Assembly: GCA_035690945.1 (NCBI GenBank)
Contig: DASSJY010000002.1
Location: 19,182-83,181 of the forward strand
Direction: 5' to 3'
Source of the DNA: Gammaproteobacteria bacterium
GTDB lineage: Bacteria; Pseudomonadota; Gammaproteobacteria; Natronospirales; DASSBR01
DNA: 64,000 nt
Below are positions 50,262 to 64,000 of the stretch, piece after piece; position 1 is the first letter of the stretch, and each line of letters opens with the position of its first letter. The translations under genes were made by a program, and so were the position numbers. The notes under the pieces are model-generated. The model was not told the DNA's origin and did no database searches. It saw only the letters and a program-made list of their open reading frames with translations.

Positions 50262-51754
50262 TACGCAGTATCTCCGGCGCCTTCCTCCACCGTCGGCGTG
50301 CCGATGAGCACCCCGCGCAGGCCACTCACCGGCTCCCCTATGACCAGTGCCTGCGGTCCGATCCTGAAGGTGTACAAACAACTGTCGAAGCTGCTGAGGC
50401 GCTTTTTGAGGACGCCCATCACCTTCTGCAGTTCCCCGCCGATTTCCATGTAACGGAGAAAAACAACGTTGTCCGAAAGGTAGCTGATGCCGCGCTCGGA
50501 GACGCGGAAGTTCCCCATCATCATTTCCGTCTCGTTGATCAGCACCACCGAAACGCCGACACGCGCCAGGCTCTTGGCGAAGGCATGCAAGCGTTCCTTG
50601 ATTTCCTCATCGCCGTCGAGGGCCAGTTCGAGGCCGGCGACGCTGTCGAGAATTACCAGTTCAACCTGATCGTCCTCGACATGCCGTCGCACGCGATTCG
50701 CGAATTCGTCGGCGAGGTAGCGCATCGGCTCGACCTGCTCGATCAGCACACGACCCTCCTCGTACGCCCCGGCCAGGTCGATTTGCAGCGACTTCGATCG
50801 CCGCATGAAGGTCGCCACCTCCTCCTCGAACAAAAAAATTGCCGCACGCCGCCCCTGCCGCGCCGCTTCCGCGGCGAACAACGACGCCATGGTCGATTTA
50901 CCGGCGCCGGACGGCCCGGTGATCAGCGAGACGGTGCCGGCTTCAATGCCGCCGCCCAGGATAGCGTCCAGCCGCTCGACACCGCTGCGCCAGCGCCAGC
51001 GCTCCTCTTCCGTCAGCTTTGATTTCGGCAGTAGCTGCGTTACAAAAACGTTGAGGCCATCGCTCCCGACCCGCATCTGATGGCTACCGCGGCGAAACGC
51101 ACTGCCTCGGAACTTGGTCACGCGTACCGAGGCGCTCTTCGTGCCGGCTTCAAAGCTGATGACGCCATCCGCCATGAACTGCAGATCGTCATCGGGAAAT
51201 TCCGTGGTGCTTTCGGAGGAAAAAAGGACGGTTGCGCCCCGCCCCGTCAGGTAACGCAACAGGGACAGCACCTGCTTGCGATATTGGAAGATGTCGGCGG
51301 ACAGAAAGCGCAGCTGGCTCAGGGAATCGATAAAGACGCGCTTCGGCGAATACTGCTCGACTGCCTCGATGACGGCGCGAGCCAGCGGCTCCTGCTCGAC
51401 ATCGGCGGCGGCAAAAACATCGTAACCCTGCTGGTCGGTAAAGAAATGCTCGTCGGGCGCGAGGCTAAGGAAGGTAATGGCCCCGACATCGATGCCCACC
51501 GTCTGCGCATTGTTCCGAAGCTGTGCCTCGGATTCCTGAAAGCCGATAAACAGGGCCGGCGACGCGCTGTCCGGTACCGACAGAAAATGCAGCCCGAGCG
51601 TCGTTTTGCCCCTGCCGGGGCCACCGCGAACGAGATAGGCACGCCGGCAAATCAGCCCGCCGTCGAGAATTTCATCGAGCCCCGCGACTCCCACGGAAAC
51701 CCGTTCCAAGCCTTGAGTCCCCAATGCACTCTCCCAAAAGGTTCTTTGACGCAT
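50261..51754 (-). CDS. KaiC-like double RecA-fold ATPase
   Basis: Two P-loop domains: GGPGRGKTTLGL with Walker B VFIDSLS, and GPSGAGKSTMAS with ELVILDSV. About 497 aa. The start is uncertain: ATG at 51754 or in-frame GTG at 51793. Confidence 0.85.
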   Translation of the reverse strand: MRQRTFWESALGTQGLERVSVGVAGLDEILDGGLICRRAYLVRGGPGRGKTTLGLHFLSVPDSASPALFIGFQESEAQLRNNAQTVGIDVGAITFLSLAPDEHFFTDQQGYDVFAAADVEQEPLARAVIEAVEQYSPKRVFIDSLSQLRFLSADIFQYRKQVLSLLRYLTGRGATVLFSSESTTEFPDDDLQFMADGVISFEAGTKSASVRVTKFRGSAFRRGSHQMRVGSDGLNVFVTQLLPKSKLTEEERWRWRSGVERLDAILGGGIEAGTVSLITGPSGAGKSTMASLFAAEAARQGRRAAIFLFEEEVATFMRRSKSLQIDLAGAYEEGRVLIEQVEPMRYLADEFANRVRRHVEDDQVELVILDSVAGLELALDGDEEIKERLHAFAKSLARVGVSVVLINETEMMMGNFRVSERGISYLSDNVVFLRYMEIGGELQKVMGVLKKRLSSFDSCLYTFRIGPQALVIGEPVSGLRGVLIGTPTVEEGAGDTA

Positions 51755-51810
51755 TCTAGCACCACAAGCCCCCTCACGTTGTCGCCTCCCCACACCCGTG
51801 ACAGCGTGTC

Positions 51811-51935
51811 GAGGCGGTGGGTAGCTCCTTCCGAGAGTCTCTGAGGACAGGGATGTCCGTGGGAAGCCTGCAGGGTTGCGTTCACGGCGGCTCTCGCGAG
51901 GTGCTACCCCACCGCCCCCACCGCAAGCTAAGGAA
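51811..51935. repeat. intergenic repeat copy A (related to 63821..63995 in inverted orientation)
   Basis: Ordered blocks shared with the reverse complement of copy B: GGTGGGTAGCTCCTT, TGAGGA, TTCACGGCG, CTCGCGA, CCCCACC...AAGCTAA. The copies are diverged and differ by indels. Confidence 0.5.
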
Positions 51936-52647
51936 CCTCAACCCACCCCGGCACGTCCTTCCAGGCCCCGCTCATTCGCTTCTCAAGCTCCCGATACTCG
52001 GGCATGCACAGCTCCACCACCCCCCAGAACCGCACCGAATGATCCATATGCCGCGTGTGCGCGAGTTCGTGGATAAACAGATAGTCGACCAGATCCGGCG
52101 CAAGAAACAGCAGCTTGTAATTAATGCTGATCTGCTTGCGGGACGAACAGCTGCCCCAGCGCGTGCGCTGCCCCCGCACGCTCACCTTGCCGTACCGAAA
52201 CCCATGGCGCCGGGCCAGGAATCCCAGGCGCGGCACCAGTGCCTCGCGTGTCTTTGCCGCAAGCCAGCGGCGCAATTGCCGCCGTGCCGCCGCCGGGTCG
52301 CGGCGGCCGGCGGCGAGATAAAGTGCGTGCCCTTGCTCAGTCACCGCGGCGCGACCGCCGGCAACGCCGTAAAATATCCGGTAATGCGTCCCGATCGACG
52401 CCAGCGCAAGCGTTTCCGGCAGGCTGTTCGCCGGCAGCGGCCGCGGCAGGTCCCGCGATACGCTTTCAATCCATTCCCGCTGCGCCGACACGAACCGCTC
52501 GATCTGGCGCAGCGCGCAGCGCCGCGGCGCGACGATCTCGACCCCGATCCACGGCCGCACGCGGATCTGCAGGCGCTTCGCCCGCGCGCTGTAACGCAGG
52601 GTGTAGCCCATTACGGAATGGCCGGAATTGAGGCGGCGATTACTCAT
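51928..52647 (-). CDS. YgjP-like (DUF45) M48-family zinc metallopeptidase
   Basis: 239 aa with HELAHTRHMDH (HExxH) near the C-terminus, plus the RLQIRV and RWGSCS motifs typical of the family. Only the C-terminal part of the 507-aa ORF-track entry is credible. Confidence 0.8.
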   Translation of the reverse strand: MSNRRLNSGHSVMGYTLRYSARAKRLQIRVRPWIGVEIVAPRRCALRQIERFVSAQREWIESVSRDLPRPLPANSLPETLALASIGTHYRIFYGVAGGRAAVTEQGHALYLAAGRRDPAAARRQLRRWLAAKTREALVPRLGFLARRHGFRYGKVSVRGQRTRWGSCSSRKQISINYKLLFLAPDLVDYLFIHELAHTRHMDHSVRFWGVVELCMPEYRELEKRMSGAWKDVPGWVEVP

Positions 52648-52761
52648 TTGAGGTAGTAGCATAACCGGGATTGAGGCGGGTTTGGTGGTTTGCCCTACCT
52701 CCCGAATCTCCCTATACTCGATCGACGCACGGACGCCCCCGGCAAGCACGACGAAGGCGCA

Positions 52762-55647
<2,886 letters not shown>

Positions 55648-55804
55648 CCGCAGCTCGGGTGAACGCAAAAGCGTTATCGCGTTCTGGAAAATGGATGCCG
55701 TGGCGGACACCACTCAATATCCTGCCATTCAATGACATAGCGAGCAGAACGAAGTTTGCCGTAATCACATAACGCTCCTATACTGAAAAATCCTCGACGC
55801 AGCC

Positions 55805-58800
55805 ATGGACGGCGTTATGACAACGGCGAACCCCGCGCCCGGCTCAGGTAACGACTGGCCTGCCCGCTTCCCCGGCGACAGCGAAATGCACGCACGCGTC
55901 CGTGAATACGACTGGACGCGAACCTCCCTCGGCGCCGTTGAACAATGGCCGCAGCCGCTGAAGACGGCAGTAATCACCTGCCTCGATGCGGGCTTCGCAC
56001 ATTTCATCTGGTGGGGTCCGGACCTCATCCAGTTGTACAACGATGCCGCTGTGGCCATCCTGCGCGACAGACATCCGGCGGCCCTCGGGCAGCCGGCCCG
56101 TGAATGCTGGCAGGAAATATGGAGCGATCTTGCTGCACCGGTGGAGCGGGTGCTCGCCACCGCTGCGACACAACGATGCGGGAACGCCGCGCTCTTTTTT
56201 GATCGCGGCGGCGTGCGCCAACCTGCCTACTTCGATCTCTCCCTCAGCGCGCTACGCGACGAATCCGGCAGCGTCGCCGGCGTGATCATTGCCGCAGTCG
56301 ACACGACCGACCGCGTCTTTGCGGAGAGGGCGTTGCGCGAGAGCCAGGTTCGGCTGACGGCAGACCTCGCCGGCATGCGCCGCCTGTACGAATTGCATGC
56401 GAGGCTGGCCGAGCAAACCGATCTGCACACTGCGCTGGAGGAGATTGTCTCCGCGTCGAATGAATTTATGGAGACAGACCGGGGCTGCATTCAGCTCGTC
56501 AGCGCGGACGGCGAGCGCCTCGAGATGTTCGCGTATCGCGGGTATGCGGATGACGATCCATTCATACGACGCTTTCTGCATGACGGATCGAAAGGCGCGT
56601 GCGACGCCGTGCGCCGCGAGCGCCGGCGCCTGATCATCGAAGACATTGCTGCCTTTCCCGGCTTCGATAACGCTCCCGCCGATCGCGAAGCAGCCCTTGC
56701 CGAAAATATCCGCGCGACGCAGTCGACGCCGCTGTTCAGTCGCCAGGGTGAGGTGCTGGGCGTCCTAAGCAACCAGTTCCGAAGCCCGCACCGGCCGACT
56801 GAAAACCAGATCAAGCTGATCGACATGCTGGCCTGGACAGCGTCTGAGTTTATTGCTCGCCATTACGCCGATGCGGCGTTGCGGGCCGGCGAGGCGCGAT
56901 TGAGCGCCGCCACGAATGCCGCGCAAATCGGAGTATGGGAGTTCGACCTGCGCAACAGGAAGCTGCTCTACGCATCGCGGCGGTATGCCCAGATTATGGG
57001 TTACGACGAAATTCCGGACGGGTGGACGCTGGAACGCGCACTTGAGCATTTCCTGCCGGCGGACCGAAGTCGCCTGCTGAACTACCTGCGCGACCGGGGC
57101 GGCCAAGGCATGCTGGAAAGCCGCATCACCCGCGTCGATGGCAAGGAACGCTGGATCTCGCTGGGCAGCGAGGTCTATCGGGACAGCGACGGTACGCCGG
57201 TACGTGTCGTCGGCACGATGCTCGACATTACCGAGCGCAAGCTGCGCGAAGAACGCGAGCAGTTCCTGCTCAAGCTCAGCGACGAGTTGCGGCCGCTCGG
57301 CGATCCGGAGGTCATACAGGAGGTTGCAGCGCGGGCGACGGCCGAGCACCTTCATGTCAGCCGCGCGCTGTACGCGGAAGTGGAGCACGGGGATGAGGGC
57401 GATTATTTCGCGATCAAGCGCGACTACCATACGTCTGACACCGGCGATATCCCCGAGCGGCTCCGGCCTACGGATTTCGGCAGGGCGCTGTTTGAAGTCT
57501 GCCGCGGCGGCAAGCCGATCTTCGTCGCCAATGTGGAGGCGGAGCCGCAACTCACAGACGCCGAGCGCGATGCCTGTCTCGGCATCAAAATGCGCGCCCG
57601 CGCCGTCGTGCCGCTGGTCAAGAACGGCCGCTTCATCGCCGCCTTCGGCGTTCACCACAATGCACCTCGCATCTGGACGGAAGATGAAATCACGCTGATC
57701 CGGGAAGCCGCGGAACGGATGTGGGGCGCGGTCAAGCGTGCGACGGCCGAAGCTGCGTTGCGCGAAAGCGAAGCGCAATTGCAGCAGGCGAGCCGTGCCA
57801 AGGATGAATTCCTGGCGATGCTCGGCCACGAGCTCCGCAACCCGCTGCAGCCGATCAGAACGACGCTGCGGCTGATGCAGATGCGTGAACCCAACGCGCT
57901 GGCCGACGAGCGCGCGATCATCGACTCGCAGGTGCAACACATGATCGGCATGGTTGACGACCTGCTCGACGTATCGCGCATCGCGCGCGGCAAGATCGAA
58001 CTGAAAACGACGGCACTCGATATCGGCGACGTCATTCTGCGCGCGATCGAAACCGCCCGGCCGATGCTCGAGGAAAGCGGCCAGACGGTGGATACGGCGA
58101 TCGGCGACGGCCTGATCGTGGAAGGCGAGCGGCGCCGGCTGGTGCAGATCATGACCAACCTGTTGACCAATGCGGCCAAATATTCGCCGCGTGGCAGGCG
58201 GATTCGCGTCAGCGCCGGCGCCGAGCGCGGCCGCGTCGTCATTCGCGTGCGCGATCAGGGCATCGGGATTGCGCCCGAGCTGCTACCGCATATCTTCGAT
58301 TCGTTTACGCAGGATTCACAGTCGATCGAGCGCTCGCAGGGCGGCCTGGGGCTCGGGTTGGCAATCGTTCACAGCCTGGTCACGCTGCATGGCGGTACGG
58401 TCGAAGCGACCAGCGCCGGCCGCGACCAGGGCAGCGAGTTCATCGTGCGGCTACCACTGGTGGAGCGCCGCGCGGTCGAACGCGAACCCGTGCATACGGA
58501 ACTCATGGCCGTGCCGCCGGCGTACACCGATGGCGAACATCTCAAGGTGTTGATCGTCGACGACTACGCCAGCGCGGCCGAAAGCCTCGCCGAGTTGCTG
58601 AACTTTGAGGGATTTGAGACGCGAATCGCCAGCGATGGCGTCGAGGCCGTTGAAGCTGCCACCGAATTCAGGCCCGCAGTCGCGCTGATCGATATCGGCC
58701 TGCCGGTCATGGACGGCTACGAAGTCGCGCGCCGCCTGCACGAAAACCCGGCGCTGCAAGACACGCGGCTGATCGCCGTCACCGGCTACGGGCAGGACAG

Positions 58801-58948
58801 CGACCGGCAGCGTACCAAGGAAGCCGGTTTCGATCGTCACGTCGTCAAGCCGATCGACCCCAATGGCATCGGGGCGCTGATCAGGCAGGCCGCTTCGCCC
58901 GCAACTCCGCCACCACCCGCTGCAGATTTGCCTGCGTTTCCGCACTGA
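55805..58948 (+). CDS. hybrid sensor histidine kinase, paralog of 52762..55647
   Basis: Same N-terminal sensory module (DW.RT.LG....WPQPLK....WWGPDLIQLYNDA), GAF and PAS domains, H-box LAMLGHELRNPLQPI, HATPase, and a C-terminal receiver (KVLIVDDYASAAESL...VALIDIGLPVMDG...VVKP). Confidence 0.88.
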   Translation: MDGVMTTANPAPGSGNDWPARFPGDSEMHARVREYDWTRTSLGAVEQWPQPLKTAVITCLDAGFAHFIWWGPDLIQLYNDAAVAILRDRHPAALGQPARECWQEIWSDLAAPVERVLATAATQRCGNAALFFDRGGVRQPAYFDLSLSALRDESGSVAGVIIAAVDTTDRVFAERALRESQVRLTADLAGMRRLYELHARLAEQTDLHTALEEIVSASNEFMETDRGCIQLVSADGERLEMFAYRGYADDDPFIRRFLHDGSKGACDAVRRERRRLIIEDIAAFPGFDNAPADREAALAENIRATQSTPLFSRQGEVLGVLSNQFRSPHRPTENQIKLIDMLAWTASEFIARHYADAALRAGEARLSAATNAAQIGVWEFDLRNRKLLYASRRYAQIMGYDEIPDGWTLERALEHFLPADRSRLLNYLRDRGGQGMLESRITRVDGKERWISLGSEVYRDSDGTPVRVVGTMLDITERKLREEREQFLLKLSDELRPLGDPEVIQEVAARATAEHLHVSRALYAEVEHGDEGDYFAIKRDYHTSDTGDIPERLRPTDFGRALFEVCRGGKPIFVANVEAEPQLTDAERDACLGIKMRARAVVPLVKNGRFIAAFGVHHNAPRIWTEDEITLIREAAERMWGAVKRATAEAALRESEAQLQQASRAKDEFLAMLGHELRNPLQPIRTTLRLMQMREPNALADERAIIDSQVQHMIGMVDDLLDVSRIARGKIELKTTALDIGDVILRAIETARPMLEESGQTVDTAIGDGLIVEGERRRLVQIMTNLLTNAAKYSPRGRRIRVSAGAERGRVVIRVRDQGIGIAPELLPHIFDSFTQDSQSIERSQGGLGLGLAIVHSLVTLHGGTVEATSAGRDQGSEFIVRLPLVERRAVEREPVHTELMAVPPAYTDGEHLKVLIVDDYASAAESLAELLNFEGFETRIASDGVEAVEAATEFRPAVALIDIGLPVMDGYEVARRLHENPALQDTRLIAVTGYGQDSDRQRTKEAGFDRHVVKPIDPNGIGALIRQAASPATPPPPAADLPAFPH

Positions 58949-59637
58949 ACCATGAATCGGCTATCGCGTCGATGGCCGGTCCGGTAGTGGCGTCGGCGAG
59001 CGCGGAACGCAACGTGGCCCGGGCACGTCGGCGCGTCGCGGCGTAGGCGTTCGCCGGCAGTGCGAGAACGCCTTCGAGCCATGCTCGCGCTTTGGGCACG
59101 ACGTCGTCGAGCGGCGCCAGTTCATCGACGAATCCAGCTGCCAGCGCCTGCTCCGGATCGAGCAGCCGCCCTTCTCCGCCCAGCAGTGCCGCCTGGCGCG
59201 GACCGACGACGGCGGTCAGCGTTTCATACAACACCACCGGTAACGGCAAGCCGACGCGCACTTCGTTGAGGCCGATCTTGTAGTGGCCTTCGGCCATGAC
59301 GCGATAGTCGCAGCACAGCGCCAGCACAGCCCCGCCGGCCGGGCTGTGACCGGTAATGGCGGCGACGACCGGAATCGGTGCATCCGCCAGCGCGCACATC
59401 AATCCGACAAAATCGCGCCAGAAGGCGGTAATCGTTCGCCGGTCGAGCGACAACAATTGCGGCAGATCGAGACCGGCCGAAAACATCCCGGGCGCGCCGG
59501 ACAGCAGCATCCCTTTCGCTCCGGCCGTGGGTGCACCGGCGACAGCCGCGGCCAGCGCCTGGACCAGTTCCGGATTGAGCGCGTTGGCGGGCGGCCGAGC
59601 CAGATAGATCTCTCTTATTCCATTATATTCTTTAATT

Positions 59638-59645
<8 letters not shown>
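58881..59645 (-). CDS. enoyl-CoA hydratase/isomerase family protein
   Basis: 254 aa crotonase fold with PANALN, FSAGLDL and ITGHSPAGG motifs. The 3' end overlaps the convergent kinase gene by 68 nt. Confidence 0.82.
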
Positions 59646-63786
<4,141 letters not shown>

Positions 63787-63820
63787 CTAACAGATTGCGG
63801 GCTTCGGGACAATGAGGAAA

Positions 63821-63995
63821 TTAGCTTTAGGTGGTTTGGTGGGTGGGGAGTTTGTGGGTCTCAGGCTGTCGCGAGGGGCGGCTATGCGGTGCCTCCTCTC
63901 AGGGACGCCGTGAATCCGTCCCTGGAAGGCTCTGGGTTCGGCTCCTTCCTCACACGGCCCCGAGAAAGGAGCTACCCCATCGCCCCACCACAACC
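63821..63995. repeat. intergenic repeat copy B (inverted relative to copy A)
   Basis: Its reverse complement shares the ordered blocks listed for 51811..51935. It contains an internal 8-bp inverted repeat CAGGGACG-N9-CGTCCCTG. It runs close to the window edge, so its extent is uncertain. Confidence 0.45.
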
Positions 63996-64000
63996 TAATC

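Noticed and set aside
63898-63926. The GGGACG...CGTCCC core in repeat copy B resembles the core of the UAS palindromes
   Set aside because: The spacer is 9 nt rather than 3, the flanking ATAATCGAA arms are absent, and there is no sigma54 promoter nearby. This is most likely a coincidence in GC-rich sequence.

Overview
High-GC (about 60-65%) Gram-negative, proteobacterial-type chromosomal window. I found no rRNA, tRNA, CRISPR, transposase or integrase. Housekeeping genes sit at both ends: purB, roxA, a GNAT gene, mnmA and acnA on the + strand at 2..7048, and ftsB, eno, kdsA and pyrG on the - strand at 59638..63735. The centre (7088..34202, - strand) is one tightly packed block of 13 genes spanning about 27 kb. 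In transcription order it is: HlyD/MacA-type adaptor, a single MacB/LolD-type ABC ATPase, four roughly 815-aa duplicated-FtsX (ADOP/MacB-type) permease paralogs, a secreted beta-lactamase-fold serine hydrolase, three more permeases, a TolC-family outer-membrane factor, and two more permeases. That makes nine intact permease paralogs for one ATPase, one adaptor and one TolC. The 5' intergenic region (34203..34844) holds two consensus sigma54 promoters (TGGCAC-N5-TTGC). Each has a 35-bp palindrome about 85 bp upstream, and the proximal one also has an IHF consensus site. The distal promoter precedes a 76-codon candidate small ORF or RNA. A divergent NtrC-family sigma54 activator and a histidine kinase with almost no periplasmic loop lie next to this region. 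I consider this block the main candidate for an undescribed system. The rest of the window holds a lipoprotein, sseA-like sulfurtransferase, a secreted hypothetical, an SDR, a marR-emrA-emrB-like operon, uspA, an RND adaptor and pump, a KaiC-like ATPase / degenerate receiver / GGDEF-EAL operon, a YgjP-like metallopeptidase, two tandem PAS-GAF hybrid histidine kinases and an enoyl-CoA hydratase. Many long ORFs in the six-frame track are high-GC antisense artefacts.
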